Source: Bacteroidales bacterium (GTDB taxonomy: Bacteria > Bacteroidota > Bacteroidia > Bacteroidales > UBA7960). From it: a DNA stretch of 64,000 nt. The notes below the pieces were generated by a model. That model saw only the letters and a program-made list of their open reading frames with translations. It ran no database searches and was not told where the DNA came from. The stretch covers positions 1,403-65,402 of the forward strand of contig PXAA01000046.1 of the NCBI GenBank assembly GCA_003567205.1. Reading direction: 5' to 3'. The stretch's first letter is position 1. Every line of letters begins with the position of its first letter. This document shows, piece by piece, positions 44,404 through 55,266 of this stretch. A program made the translations under genes and the position numbers.

Positions 44404-44431
44404 TGGTTTGGAGTTTGGAGTTTGGGGTTTT
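44404..44431. repeat. Four tandem heptamers (TGGTTTG GAGTTTG GAGTTTG GGGTTTT) downstream of secA
   Basis: Read directly. Preceded by a short GC hairpin, GGCGC-ggt-GCGCC, at 44388-44400. Confidence 0.8.
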
Positions 44432-44523
44432 CATCCTGAACGTAAGTAATGGACTGAGCATTTTACGAATTCACCGAAGGTAATCCCGTGACTTGAAGTA
44501 ACTATTCAACAAAACCGAATACT

Positions 44524-44934
44524 ATGTTTTCTTCTACGACCCAATTACGGGTCCGCTATGCAGAAACGGACCAGATGGGATTTGCCTATTATGGCAATTA
44601 CCCCCAGTATTATGAAGTGGGCAGGGCCGATGCCATGCGCCAACTGGGAATGTCTTACAAGGATATGGAAGAGAAGGGGGTAGTTATGCCCATTGTTGAT
44701 ATGAAAATCAAATATATCCGCCCGGCACGCTATGATGATCTGCTGACGATCAAAACAATCGTTCCTGAGCTGCCAACTTCGCGCATGCATTTCGATTACG
44801 AAATTTACAACGATGATGGTGTTATACTGAACAAGGGCTATACGGTGCTTGCCTTTCTGAAGAAGGAAAACGGCCGCCCATGCGCCGCACCGTCGTGGTT
44901 TTTAGACAAGTTGCAGGAAAAAAATAAACTCTGA
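44524..44934 (+). CDS. Acyl-CoA thioesterase, YbgC/4HBT hotdog family
   Basis: RVRYAETDQMGFAYYGNYPQYYEVGR with the catalytic Asp context of YbgC-type thioesterases. Confidence 0.85.
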   Translation: MFSSTTQLRVRYAETDQMGFAYYGNYPQYYEVGRADAMRQLGMSYKDMEEKGVVMPIVDMKIKYIRPARYDDLLTIKTIVPELPTSRMHFDYEIYNDDGVILNKGYTVLAFLKKENGRPCAAPSWFLDKLQEKNKL

Positions 44935-44937
44935 CAA

Positions 44938-45294
44938 ATGAAGACAATGGTAATAGGGGCCAGTCCGAATCCTTTAAGGTATTCGAACAAAGCAGTAAAA
45001 CGCCTTCGTGCATATGACAAGGAAGTTATTGCGATTGGCAAACGGGAAACCATCATTGAGGGCGTGGAGGTGCTCACAGGCAATCCACCGCTTGAAGATA
45101 TACACACGGTAAGCCTGTATGTAGGCCCCGCCAATCAGGAAAAATACCTTGACTATATTATTTCTCTTCGTCCGAAGCGCATAATTTTTAATCCGGGGAC
45201 CTATAACCGGGTTCTGGAGGAAAAAGCTATGCATGCTGGTATAGAATGCATCGAAGACTGTACCCTGGTGATGCTCGATATGGAAACCTTCTGA
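44938..45294 (+). CDS. CoA-binding domain protein
   Basis: 118 aa (VIGASPNPLRYSNKAVKRL...) Rossmann-like CoA_binding_2 pattern. Confidence 0.75.
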   Translation: MKTMVIGASPNPLRYSNKAVKRLRAYDKEVIAIGKRETIIEGVEVLTGNPPLEDIHTVSLYVGPANQEKYLDYIISLRPKRIIFNPGTYNRVLEEKAMHAGIECIEDCTLVMLDMETF

Positions 45295-45327
45295 AAATGC
45301 AGTTTAATAATTTTAAAACATAATTTT

Positions 45328-46509
45328 ATGGATACCAAAAACCTGGGCTTTGACTCGAAGCTTATACACGCCGGAATGTTTGATGATCAGTTTGGGAGTG
45401 CCACTGTACCCATTTACCAGACGAGTACTTTTAAATTTAAGAGTGCCGACCATGGGGCTGCCTGTTTTGCGGGCGAATCGGACGGTTATATTTACACCCG
45501 CCTGAATAACCCGACCATTGACTCTCTGGAGAAACTGGTTGCAGAGCTCGAGAACGGATACCGGGGCATTGCCACCAGTTCGGGGATGGGGGCCGTAAAT
45601 ACCATTTACAGTGCATTTTTAAAACAGGGCGACCATATGATCAGCACAGCAGCAGTATATGGTCCTTCGCGGGTGGTCATGGAAAAACATTACAGCAAAT
45701 TCGGGATAGAGTCTACTTATATTGATACCAGTGACCCGGAGAACATTCGCAAGGCCATCAGACCCAATACGCGGATGCTGTATATTGAAACCCCTGCCAA
45801 TCCTACCATGGACATTACCGACCTTGAAGAAGTGGTTAAAATTGCCAAAGAACATAAGCTGATCACCGTGGCAGACAACACCTTCTGCAGCCCCTACCTC
45901 CAGAAACCCATTGATTACGGTTTTGATGTGGTGTTTCATTCCATTACAAAGTTTCTTAACGGGCATGCTGACATTGTGGGCGGCATCATTGTCAGCAAGG
46001 ATAAATCCATGGATGAGCAGTTGCGTCCGGTGATGATCAATCTGGGATGCAATATGGATCCACATCAGGCATATATGGTAATCAGGGGTTTAAAGACTTT
46101 GTCTGTCCGGATTGACAGGTCGCAGGAAAATGCCATGCATATTGCTCAGTTTCTGGAAGGGCATCCCAAGGTGAAATGGGTCAAATATCCCGGTCTTGTT
46201 TCCCATCCACAATATGAAATGGCACGCAAACAAATGGCCGGTCCGGGCGCCATAATCAGCTTTGAGATGAAAGACGGGTTGCGGGCAGGTAAGACATTGA
46301 TGGATAATGTGAAGCTTTGTATCCTTGCAGTGTCGCTGGGGGGCGTTGAAACCCTCATACAGCATCCTGCTTCCATGACCCATTCAAAAATGGACAAGGC
46401 ATCCCGTGAGCGATCGGGCATCACTGATGGTCTGGTAAGGTTTTCGGTGGGTATTGAGAATGTGGAGGATATTATCAGCGACCTTGCGCAGGCCATGGAC
46501 AGGATATAA
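45328..46509 (+). CDS. PLP-dependent Cys/Met-metabolism enzyme (methionine gamma-lyase / O-acylhomoserine sulfhydrylase family)
   Basis: YTRLNNPT, and DNTFCSPYLQKP...HSITKFLNGHAD (PLP-Lys). 393 aa. Confidence 0.85.
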   Translation: MDTKNLGFDSKLIHAGMFDDQFGSATVPIYQTSTFKFKSADHGAACFAGESDGYIYTRLNNPTIDSLEKLVAELENGYRGIATSSGMGAVNTIYSAFLKQGDHMISTAAVYGPSRVVMEKHYSKFGIESTYIDTSDPENIRKAIRPNTRMLYIETPANPTMDITDLEEVVKIAKEHKLITVADNTFCSPYLQKPIDYGFDVVFHSITKFLNGHADIVGGIIVSKDKSMDEQLRPVMINLGCNMDPHQAYMVIRGLKTLSVRIDRSQENAMHIAQFLEGHPKVKWVKYPGLVSHPQYEMARKQMAGPGAIISFEMKDGLRAGKTLMDNVKLCILAVSLGGVETLIQHPASMTHSKMDKASRERSGITDGLVRFSVGIENVEDIISDLAQAMDRI

Positions 46510-46565
46510 TACCTGGTTTTATGGGAAATAGCCTGAAAATGATATGGTACCCTTAAAATTATTTC

Positions 46566-46573
46566 TATTTTTG
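46566..46573 (+). promoter_or_regulatory. Candidate -7 promoter element upstream of the DUF349 gene
   Basis: TATTTTTG is a perfect TAnnTTTG, 127 nt upstream of the ATG at 46700. The leader contains two perfect palindromes, at 46594-46605 and 46630-46645. Confidence 0.35.
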
Positions 46574-46699
46574 TAAAGAATAATTGCATCAGATGTTTGC
46601 AAACACATGCCCGGTTATATTGGGCGTTCACACTATGAATAGTGTTTATATAGCGAAGACATGCTTCTTGACTTTAATTAGTAACTGAAATTTTTTTTA

Positions 46700-48718
46700 A
46701 TGGAAAACAAGGAACAACTGGACCCCAAAGCCAAGGAAAATCAGGCAGCTGTTGGGGAGGAGCGTCTGGCCGATGATAAGGCCCTGGAACAAGATAAAAA
46801 AATCGAATCAAGCCCTCCGGAAGAAAAATCAGAAGAAACCCCTGCCGAACAACAGCCCGAACCCGCTGTGGCCATTGAAGAACCTTCGGAAGCAAGCCCT
46901 GCGGAGACACCTGCGGAGGAACCACCTGCGGAACAACAGCCCGAACCCGCCGCGGCACCGGAAAATACTCCGGACCCGGCTCTGGAAGACAGCGATACGC
47001 TTACGGAAAATTATGGTGCCATGGGGCGGGAAGAACTGGTGAGCACCATTGAGGCGCTTGTTATGAGCGAGGATGTAAGCCATATAAGAAGGCATATTGG
47101 TTTCATCAAGCTTGCCTATCGCAAATTGCTCCGGGACGAAAATATGGCCTCTTATGAGCAAAAATTAGGTAAAGGCACCGCAGAAGAAGGCGAAGAGACG
47201 GCTGCAGATCCCCTGACTGAGCGGTTTGATGCGGCATTTTCAGTTTATAAGGAGAAAAAAGCTGCATTCGATAAGGCGCTGGAGGCCGAGATGCAGAATA
47301 ACCTGAAAGTTAAGGAGGATATTCTCGAAGCATTGCGCCAATTGATTGACTCAGAAGAAGAACTGAAGAAGACCTATGACCAGTTTAACGAACTGCAGGA
47401 CCGTTGGCGCGCTGTAGGGCCCGTTCCAAGAGGGGCAAAGGGGACATTATGGAATAATTATCATTTCCTGGTAGAGAAGTTCTTTGATAAGGTAAATATC
47501 AACAAAGAGCTTAAAGACCTGGATCTGAAAAAGAACCTGGAAGCCAAGACTGCCTTATGCGAAAAGGCAGAAGAACTATTGCTGGAATCATCTGTTACCA
47601 GGTCTTTTCAGCAACTTCAGAAGCTCCACGAGGCCTGGAAGGAAACTGGCCCGGTGACCCAGGATAAAAAGGATGAGATCTGGGAGCGATTCAAGGCGGC
47701 TACTGACAAACTGAATAAAAGACGCCAGGATCATTATGAGAGCCTGCGCGAGGAACAAAATAAGAATTATGCGGCCAAACTGGTCTTGTGTGAAAAAGCC
47801 GAAGAGATCATAGCCATTGATCCCAATACGCCCCGCCAGTGGCAGGAGCAAACAGATGCAATCAATGAACTTTTTAAGATTTGGAAGACCATTGGGTTTG
47901 CACCCAAAAAAGTAAATAATGAAGTGTGGAACAGGTTCCGTACTTCGCTGGATACTTTCTTTTCCAATAAAAAAGAGTTTTTCAGGAAATATAAGGACCA
48001 GCAAAAAGATAATTATAACCAGAAACTGAATCTCTGTTTGCAGGCCGAGGCGTTAAAAGACAGTGAGGACTGGCGTGCAACTACAGAGGGCCTCATACAC
48101 CTTCAGCAGGAATGGAAGAAGATAGGGCCTGTGCCGGCCAAATTTTCTGACAAGGTCTGGAAACGCTTCCGGCAGGCTTGCGATGCCTTTTTCAACAGGA
48201 AATCAGAGCATTTTGCCAATATTGGCGAAAAACAGGACGAAAACCTTAATAAGAAAATGGTTCTCATTGAGGAGATCAAAACGTATAAATACACAGACGA
48301 CAACAAGAAGAACCTGGATATCCTGAAAGATTTTCAGCGTCGATGGATGGAAATCGGTCATGTGCCCATTAAACAGAAAGACAAAGTGCAGCTTGAGTTC
48401 AGAAAGGCCATTGACCAACAGTTTGAAGTGCTGAACATCAGCAAAAAAATCAAAAGCACCTTATCATTCCAGTCTAAGATTGAAAACCTGAAGAATATAC
48501 CCAATGCCGGGAATATCATCCAGAAAGAGCGTAATATTCTGAACAACAAGATCAAAGGCCTGGAAGCGGATATCAAGGTCCTGGAGAACAATATCGGCTT
48601 CTTCGCTTCGAGCAAAAAGGCAGATATCCTGAAGGCAGAATTTGAGAAAAAGATCGAGCGGGCCCACAACGAGATTGCCGTTTTGAAAGAAAAGGTGAAA
48701 ATCCTTAGAGAGGCCTGA
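46700..48718 (+). CDS. DUF349 repeat protein with Pro/Glu-rich N-terminus
   Basis: 672 aa. Multiple about 75-aa helical repeats with W..IG.VP......W.RF (WRAVGPVPRGAKGTLWNNY, WKETGPVTQDKKDEIWERF, WKTIGFAPKKVNNEVWNRF, WKKIGPVPAKFSDKVWKRF, WMEIGHVPIKQKDKV), typical of DUF349. The N-terminus carries a duplicated PAEQQPEPA. Confidence 0.85.
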   Translation: MENKEQLDPKAKENQAAVGEERLADDKALEQDKKIESSPPEEKSEETPAEQQPEPAVAIEEPSEASPAETPAEEPPAEQQPEPAAAPENTPDPALEDSDTLTENYGAMGREELVSTIEALVMSEDVSHIRRHIGFIKLAYRKLLRDENMASYEQKLGKGTAEEGEETAADPLTERFDAAFSVYKEKKAAFDKALEAEMQNNLKVKEDILEALRQLIDSEEELKKTYDQFNELQDRWRAVGPVPRGAKGTLWNNYHFLVEKFFDKVNINKELKDLDLKKNLEAKTALCEKAEELLLESSVTRSFQQLQKLHEAWKETGPVTQDKKDEIWERFKAATDKLNKRRQDHYESLREEQNKNYAAKLVLCEKAEEIIAIDPNTPRQWQEQTDAINELFKIWKTIGFAPKKVNNEVWNRFRTSLDTFFSNKKEFFRKYKDQQKDNYNQKLNLCLQAEALKDSEDWRATTEGLIHLQQEWKKIGPVPAKFSDKVWKRFRQACDAFFNRKSEHFANIGEKQDENLNKKMVLIEEIKTYKYTDDNKKNLDILKDFQRRWMEIGHVPIKQKDKVQLEFRKAIDQQFEVLNISKKIKSTLSFQSKIENLKNIPNAGNIIQKERNILNNKIKGLEADIKVLENNIGFFASSKKADILKAEFEKKIERAHNEIAVLKEKVKILREA

Positions 48719-48752
48719 TTATTTCTGGTTTTAAACTGCAAAAAAATGTGCT

Positions 48753-49409
48753 ATGAAAAAAATTATTTGGATGACCATCGCGGCGGTTTGTATACTTGCC
48801 GTCACCCAATCGTATGCCTCGGGCATTGGAATTGGAATTGGAATTCGCGGGGGGTTAAATTTTTCGTCGGTGCCTTCGGCGGATGATTTCTCTTTTATTG
48901 GTACAAAAACGGATGGCGGTCTTGTAAATCTGGAATTATTGCCAGATTCCTATACCGGCTTTCATTTTGGCGTATTCGGACGGCTGATGCTGGGCAATAT
49001 ATTTTTTCAACCTGAATTGTTGTATACCGAAACCGGCCAGAAAATGGCCGTTAATGAACCTAGCGGAACAGGAGGTACATCGGAGTTTACCCAGGAATTC
49101 AGTCACCTGAAGATCCCCTTGCATGCAGGCATTCAATTTGGACCTATTCATGTGGGCATTGGCCCGGTGGCGTCCATTTTACTGGATAATACCCGGGAAC
49201 ACATTGAAAACCTGTCCATAAATTATAATACTGCCACCATAGGTTACCAGGCAATAGCCGGCCTGAAGTTTGGCAATCTGATGCTGGATTTCCGGTTCGA
49301 AGACAATCTGAGTAAATTTGGCGATAGCGTTGTGATCGGTAACGAGCAGTTTGAGTTTGACTCCAGGCAGCGCTCGTATATTATTTCCCTTGGGATTTTG
49401 GTTTTCTGA
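48753..49409 (+). CDS. Outer-membrane beta-barrel (porin-family) protein
   Basis: Signal peptide, alternating amphipathic strands, and a C-terminal aromatic residue (ISLGILVF). Confidence 0.7.
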   Translation: MKKIIWMTIAAVCILAVTQSYASGIGIGIGIRGGLNFSSVPSADDFSFIGTKTDGGLVNLELLPDSYTGFHFGVFGRLMLGNIFFQPELLYTETGQKMAVNEPSGTGGTSEFTQEFSHLKIPLHAGIQFGPIHVGIGPVASILLDNTREHIENLSINYNTATIGYQAIAGLKFGNLMLDFRFEDNLSKFGDSVVIGNEQFEFDSRQRSYIISLGILVF

Positions 49410-49424
49410 TCCGGTTGTTGAAAC

Positions 49425-50645
49425 CTATCTGAAGATGATCGCCCGCACCGGTGAAATCTTTGTGATAATGTATGAAGGGACTATCAGCATGGCCATGGAC
49501 AAGATAAAAGTCCCGGCATTGAGCAATACGATATGGCTCCATTGCAGATTTACCGGTACTTCTGATACATAATACGATTCAGGCGATAAGGTGACCAGCC
49601 CCCAATGGCCCTGAACAATGCATACCAGGATTCCAATCAGATTTCCCCACAAAAGCCCTTTGGATATCAGCATGCCCGCATGATACAGAAACACCTTTCG
49701 TATCATTGTATTATCGGCGCCCACGGCCTTCAAAATGCCGATGGCATTTGTTTTGTCCATAACGGAAATCAGCAGGGTGGTAACCATGTTGATGCCGGCA
49801 ACCAATATCATCAGCACAATGATCACATATACATTCATGTCGAGTAGTGAGAGCCAGTCAAAGATCTGCGGGTAGAGTTGCCGGATGCTTTTGGCATCAA
49901 GATGATAGGGCAGGAGGTCAATAATTGCGGCAGACACCCCGGGAATGGCATCATAACCCGACACCAGGATCTCAAAACCACCGATCTGATCGGGCTCCCA
50001 GTCATTTAACCGTTGAACATGCCTGATATCACCCAGCACAAACAATCTGTCCAGTTCCTCCAGACCTGTGTCGTAAATCCCGGCAATGCTAAGCCTTCTG
50101 ATTCGCGGGGGATCCTGAATAAAGTATATGAAAAGGTCATCTTCGGTATTCAGTTGCAGTCGCCTGGAAACCAGGCGGGATATTAAGGCTTCTTCTGACC
50201 GGAGTGTATCGTCCATGGTCAGGATTGTCCCATCGACCAGACGGTCTGAAAAAAACGACCAGTCAAAATCCGGCCCGACTCCTTTGAAAATAATCCCGTG
50301 GATGTCATCATCAGTTTTTATGATGCCGGGTTTGGTGGCAAAGACCTGGATATGCCTTACCCCGTCCAGTTCCTGAACATCATCAAGAAAGTCTTGCTGG
50401 CTGCTGATGGGTTGTGGCTCAAAAGAAACATTGTAGTCAAAGTTGGTGATCTGAACGTGGGCCCCGAAGCCAATCACCTTATCGCGGATTTCGTTCTGAA
50501 AACCGGTTACCACTGCCATGGAAATAATCATCACGGCCAGCCCGAGCGAAATGCTGATAATGGCTATCTTTTTAATCAGCGAGGCAAAGCCCTTGCCTTT
50601 GCCGGCACCACCCATTCGCCTGGCTATAAAGAGAGAAGTATTCAA
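49425..50645 (-). CDS. FtsX-like ABC transporter permease (LolC/E-type)
   Basis: 406 aa with an N-terminal TM, a large periplasmic MacB-like domain, and a C-terminal FtsX 3-TM bundle (ILKAVGADNTMIRKVF). Confidence 0.85.
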   Translation of the reverse strand: MNTSLFIARRMGGAGKGKGFASLIKKIAIISISLGLAVMIISMAVVTGFQNEIRDKVIGFGAHVQITNFDYNVSFEPQPISSQQDFLDDVQELDGVRHIQVFATKPGIIKTDDDIHGIIFKGVGPDFDWSFFSDRLVDGTILTMDDTLRSEEALISRLVSRRLQLNTEDDLFIYFIQDPPRIRRLSIAGIYDTGLEELDRLFVLGDIRHVQRLNDWEPDQIGGFEILVSGYDAIPGVSAAIIDLLPYHLDAKSIRQLYPQIFDWLSLLDMNVYVIIVLMILVAGINMVTTLLISVMDKTNAIGILKAVGADNTMIRKVFLYHAGMLISKGLLWGNLIGILVCIVQGHWGLVTLSPESYYVSEVPVNLQWSHIVLLNAGTFILSMAMLIVPSYIITKISPVRAIIFR

Positions 50646-50676
50646 GACGTCAGCTTTTTGTCAAAAGTAGCAATTT

Positions 50677-53271
50677 TTAGCTGATTGTAAACGTCAGGGC
50701 ATCGCCCTCCCTGTCCACCACAACGGAATCCTTGGGTTTTAGCTCGTCAGCCAGTATTTCCATAGACAATTTGTTCAACAGGCTTCGTTGGATGACCCTT
50801 TTCAGGGGCCGGGCGCCAAATTGTGGATCAAAACCGGCATCAGCAATCCAATCAAGGGCTTTCTGGGTAACTTCTATGCTGATTTCGTGTTCTTGAAGCA
50901 TCTCTTTTACAAACCGGAGTTGCAATTCAACAATCCCTTTGATCTCTTCCCTGGTGAGCGGTTTAAACATGATGGTTTCATCAATACGGTTGAGGAACTC
51001 CGGCCGTATAGTGCGCTTCAACAGGGCAAAAACCTCTTCGCGGCACTGATCTATGGTGGCTTCCCTGTTTTTTTCCGTCATGGCTTCCATGCGCTCCTGT
51101 ATAAGCCCCGATCCCACATTGGACGTCATAATGATGATGGTGTTCTTGAAATCGGCAGTGCGACCCTTATTATCGGTAAGACGGCCATCTTCCAGGACCT
51201 GTAGCAGGATGTTAAACACATCCGGGTGCGCTTTTTCAATTTCATCGAGCAATACTACCGAATAAGGTTTCCTTCTGACGGCTTCAGTCAGTTGCCCGCT
51301 TTCCTCATAACCCACGTACCCCGGCGGTGCTCCGATAAGCCGGCTTACTGCATGCCTTTCCTGGTATTCCGACATGTCGAGGCGTACCATGGCATTTTCG
51401 TCGTTGAATAAAAAGGCTGCCAGGGCCTTTGCCAATTCAGTTTTTCCCACACCGGTAGTACCCAAAAAGATGAAAGACCCAACGGGACGTTTTGGGTCCT
51501 GCAAACCGGCCCGGCTTCGGCGAATGGCATCAGATACGGCATTAATGGCCTCGTCTTGTCCTACAACGCGTTTGTGCAGCTCATGCTCCAGTTGAAGCAA
51601 TTTTTTCCGCTCACTCTGTAGCATGCGGCTCACTGGAATACCAGTCCAGCGCGACACTACGTCGGCTATGTCTTCGGCACTGACCTCCTCTTTGATCAGT
51701 GCGCTGTCTGCCTGCATTTCCTGCAGCTGTTTGTGTAAATCCTGAAGCTTACCTTCCGCTTCTTTTATCCGGCCGTATCGCAGCTCAGCCACTTTCCCGA
51801 AATCGCCGCTGCGTTCGGCCTGTTCGGCTGCAAAACGGTATTGTTCGATGGACGCTTTGTGCTTTTGGATCTCATCCACAACGGCTTTTTCGTTTTGCCA
51901 CCTGGCCTTCAGTTTATTTTTTTCTTCATGAAGGTTGGCCAGCACAGTGCTTAACCGCTTAAGCTTGGCTTCGTCCTTTTCGCGTTTAATGGCTTCGCGC
52001 TCAATCTCCAGCTGCCTGATCTTTCGTTCGGCCTCATCCAGTTCCTCGGGCACAGAGTTCATTTCCAGCCTGAGTTTCGAGGCAGCTTCATCCACTAGGT
52101 CAATAGCTTTGTCTGGCAGAAAACGATCAGAAATATAACGGTGAGAGAGGTCTACAGCGGCAATGATGGCTTCGTCCTTGATCCTCACCTGGTGGTGGGT
52201 CTCATACCTTTCCTTAAGGCCTCTGAGTATGCTGATGGCATCCGGCTTGGATGGTTCGTCCACGATCACGGTTTGGAAACGCCGTTCCAGGGCTTTGTCT
52301 TTTTCGAAATACCGCTGGTATTCTTTGAGGGTGGTTGCGCCAATGGCCCTCAATTCACCCCTGGCCAGTGCAGGTTTCAGGATGTTGGCGGCGTCCATGG
52401 CCCCTTCTCCGGCGGCACCGGCACCCACCAGGGTGTGGATCTCGTCAATGAACAATATGTATTCCCCTTCTGATGACACCACTTCTTTTACAACGGCTTT
52501 GATGCGCTCCTCAAATTCGCCCTTGTATTTTGCGCCGGCAATGAGTGCGCCCATATCGAGTGAAAAGATCTTTTTCGATTTCAGATTCTCCGGCACATCA
52601 CCGTTGATAATGCGGTGGGCAAGGCCTTCTGCAATGGCCGTTTTGCCGACACCGGGTTCGCCGATCAGGATGGGATTATTCTTGGTGCGCCGTGAAAGTA
52701 TCTGCAAAATTCGGCGAATCTCTTCATCGCGGCCAATTACCGGGTCAAGTTTGCCTGACAAGGCCATGTCGTTCAGATTATTGGCGTATTTATTCAGTGC
52801 GTTGAATTGTTCCTCGGCCGACTGGCTGTCTACCTTTGAACCCTGGCGCAACTCATTGATAGCGTTCTTCAGGCCCTTCATGGTCAAACCACTGTCTTTT
52901 AACAGCTGGGATGTGTTATCGGAACCCGACAAAATACCCAGCAAAAGATGTTCGACAGAGATAAATTCATCGCCAAACTTCTTGAGATTAGACATGGCCG
53001 ATTGCAGGGTCTTTTTGGCCGATTCTGCCAGGTAGGGCTCCCCGCCGTCAACTTTGGGATAGCTGCCGATGATACGTTCCAGCGCCTGCTGCAGCCTGTT
53101 TATGGGGATGTTGTTTTTCTTTAGCAAATAAGGCGTTACATGGTCATCAACAGCCAGGATACCTTTGAGCAAATGTCCATTCTCAATGGCCTGATGCTGA
53201 TAGCCCATGGCAATTTCCTGGGCTTGCTGAATGGCTTCCTGCGATTTTATGGTCAAACGGTCGAAATGCAT
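50677..53271 (-). CDS. clpB: ATP-dependent disaggregase chaperone
   Basis: 864 aa with two AAA+ modules ([22 protein letters not shown]), a long middle coiled coil, and a Clp N-domain. Confidence 0.97.
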   Translation of the reverse strand: MHFDRLTIKSQEAIQQAQEIAMGYQHQAIENGHLLKGILAVDDHVTPYLLKKNNIPINRLQQALERIIGSYPKVDGGEPYLAESAKKTLQSAMSNLKKFGDEFISVEHLLLGILSGSDNTSQLLKDSGLTMKGLKNAINELRQGSKVDSQSAEEQFNALNKYANNLNDMALSGKLDPVIGRDEEIRRILQILSRRTKNNPILIGEPGVGKTAIAEGLAHRIINGDVPENLKSKKIFSLDMGALIAGAKYKGEFEERIKAVVKEVVSSEGEYILFIDEIHTLVGAGAAGEGAMDAANILKPALARGELRAIGATTLKEYQRYFEKDKALERRFQTVIVDEPSKPDAISILRGLKERYETHHQVRIKDEAIIAAVDLSHRYISDRFLPDKAIDLVDEAASKLRLEMNSVPEELDEAERKIRQLEIEREAIKREKDEAKLKRLSTVLANLHEEKNKLKARWQNEKAVVDEIQKHKASIEQYRFAAEQAERSGDFGKVAELRYGRIKEAEGKLQDLHKQLQEMQADSALIKEEVSAEDIADVVSRWTGIPVSRMLQSERKKLLQLEHELHKRVVGQDEAINAVSDAIRRSRAGLQDPKRPVGSFIFLGTTGVGKTELAKALAAFLFNDENAMVRLDMSEYQERHAVSRLIGAPPGYVGYEESGQLTEAVRRKPYSVVLLDEIEKAHPDVFNILLQVLEDGRLTDNKGRTADFKNTIIIMTSNVGSGLIQERMEAMTEKNREATIDQCREEVFALLKRTIRPEFLNRIDETIMFKPLTREEIKGIVELQLRFVKEMLQEHEISIEVTQKALDWIADAGFDPQFGARPLKRVIQRSLLNKLSMEILADELKPKDSVVVDREGDALTFTIS

Positions 53272-53481
53272 ATGTCTTTATAACTTTATGATGAACGCTA
53301 TGATTTGATTTCATTATCGATGGCAACAAATTGCACACCATTTGGATTGCGACCCGGCCTTTCGGACAAAATGGCATGGATCACTATCCATCAATGACAG
53401 TCTTGCATTAGCATAATTTCATTTGTTTTTGTAATATTGCCCGTCCATTTTATCAATAAATAAATAATATCCCGTGTGTCC

Positions 53482-54696
53482 ATGAAAAAAATCAAACTCC
53501 ACTGGCAAATACTCATAGCTCTTGTTCTAAGTGTTTTATTTGGCTATTTTTTTACGGATCATGTGGTGTATGTGACCTGGATGGGCGATCTGTTTCTCAG
53601 GGCCCTGCAAATGATCATTGCCCCATTGATTTTTTCTTCCATTGTGGCTGGTGTACTTGGCCTGGGTAGCGCCCAGAACCTGGGCAGGATGAGCGCCAAA
53701 ACTTTTGGGTATTATGCCGCTACCAGCCTGGTGGCTTCCGTGGTCGGCTTGTTTGTTGTAAATATCATGCGGCCTGGTGTAGGCGCTGATCTTGGACTTA
53801 CCGAAGAAGGGGTGGTACTGGAAGCGGGTGCTTCGAATTTTGCAGACACCCTGATGAATATCATTCCCACCAATATATTTCAGGCACTGGCTGAAACAGA
53901 TATGCTGTCCATAATCTTTTTCGCCATTTTATTCGGCTTTTTTGCTACCCAGGTGGGTCCGCGCTACAAGGACCCCCTTGAAAAGGGATTTAATGCGGTG
54001 TTTGAAGTAATGATGCGTATTACCATGTTTGTAATCCGCTTTGCTCCCCTGGGTATATTCGGAATTGTTTCGGGCATTGTAGCCGACCAGGCACACGACC
54101 TGATCAATATTTTCAGTCGCATGGGCCTTTATATGCTCACAGTAATCATTGCTTTATCCATTCATGCTTTTTTGGTCCTGCCCCTGATCGTCAGGTTTAT
54201 TGGCAAGGCGAACCCCCGCAAGCATTTCAAAGCCATGACCGTACCTCTGCTGACGGCCTTTACCACCTCCAGCAGCAGCGCCACACTACCCCTTGCCATG
54301 GAGGCCGTGGAGCAGAACAGCGGGGTGTCAAAAAAAGTAACCAGTTTTGTATTGCCTATTGGCGCAACAGTCAATATGTGCGGCACTGCCTTGTATGAGT
54401 GTGTATCGGTATTGTTTATTGCACAGGCCTATGGCATTGAATTGACCCTTTTGCAGCAGGTCATCGTGGTGTTTACTGCATTGCTGGCATCCATAGGTGC
54501 TGCCGGGGTACCCATGGCGGGTCTTGTGGTAATTACCATCATTCTGTCTGTGTTGGGAATGCCCCTTGAAGGAATCGGACTCATCCTGGCCGTGGAGCGT
54601 ATCCTGGATATGTTCAGGACTTCCGTGAATATCTGGAGTGATACATGCGGGGCCGTAACCATTGCCAAAACGGAAGGGGAGACTTTAAAGGTTTAA
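53482..54696 (+). CDS. Dicarboxylate/amino acid:cation symporter (DAACS/GltP family)
   Basis: Polytopic protein with TSSSSATLP and AGVPMAGLV reentrant-loop motifs. Confidence 0.88.
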   Translation: MKKIKLHWQILIALVLSVLFGYFFTDHVVYVTWMGDLFLRALQMIIAPLIFSSIVAGVLGLGSAQNLGRMSAKTFGYYAATSLVASVVGLFVVNIMRPGVGADLGLTEEGVVLEAGASNFADTLMNIIPTNIFQALAETDMLSIIFFAILFGFFATQVGPRYKDPLEKGFNAVFEVMMRITMFVIRFAPLGIFGIVSGIVADQAHDLINIFSRMGLYMLTVIIALSIHAFLVLPLIVRFIGKANPRKHFKAMTVPLLTAFTTSSSSATLPLAMEAVEQNSGVSKKVTSFVLPIGATVNMCGTALYECVSVLFIAQAYGIELTLLQQVIVVFTALLASIGAAGVPMAGLVVITIILSVLGMPLEGIGLILAVERILDMFRTSVNIWSDTCGAVTIAKTEGETLKV

Positions 54697-54715
54697 GGGG
54701 CATGGTTTTATGGGG

Positions 54716-55243
54716 TCAGGTATAGAGGTCTAACAGTCCATCCGGGGGGTTCAGGTCAATACGCCGTTCTTTGTGTAGGATCTTCAGAATAAAGGCATCG
54801 TTGACCGGGATCATGATTTCCTGTTGTCCTTTATGGATAAGGAAAACCGGGTTTCCGGGATAATCCAGGATCTCTACTATATTGCCCAGGTAGTTTCCCT
54901 GTTTGTCGCATGCTTTATAACCCTTCAGATCATGATAATGAAATGCATCACGACTGGGTTCAGGCAGCTGGTCCAGGCTCAGATACATATCGTGGTCGCA
55001 TAAATGACGGGCTTTCTCTATGCTATCGATGTCTTCAAAGCGGATGAGGACTTCGTTTTTTTGGGACCGGAAATGAAGGTCTTCTATAAAAAAAGGAACC
55101 AGTTTTCCTTCTATTTGAATGAAAACTGATTCCAGGTCTTTGTAGTTTCGTATGTCATCCACCTCAAAAGAGGCGATCAGGGCCCCTTCAACCCCCGCGG
55201 TCTTAACAATATACCCCAGATAATAACAATCTTCTGTTCTCAT
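54716..55243 (-). CDS. rimM: 16S rRNA processing / ribosome maturation factor
   Basis: 175 aa with an N-terminal RimM beta-barrel (GYIVKTAGVEGAL) and a C-terminal PRC barrel. Sits immediately downstream of rpsP, as is usual. Confidence 0.88.
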   Translation of the reverse strand: MRTEDCYYLGYIVKTAGVEGALIASFEVDDIRNYKDLESVFIQIEGKLVPFFIEDLHFRSQKNEVLIRFEDIDSIEKARHLCDHDMYLSLDQLPEPSRDAFHYHDLKGYKACDKQGNYLGNIVEILDYPGNPVFLIHKGQQEIMIPVNDAFILKILHKERRIDLNPPDGLLDLYT

Positions 55244-55266
55244 CCTGTTGGGTGGGTTCGAAGGTA

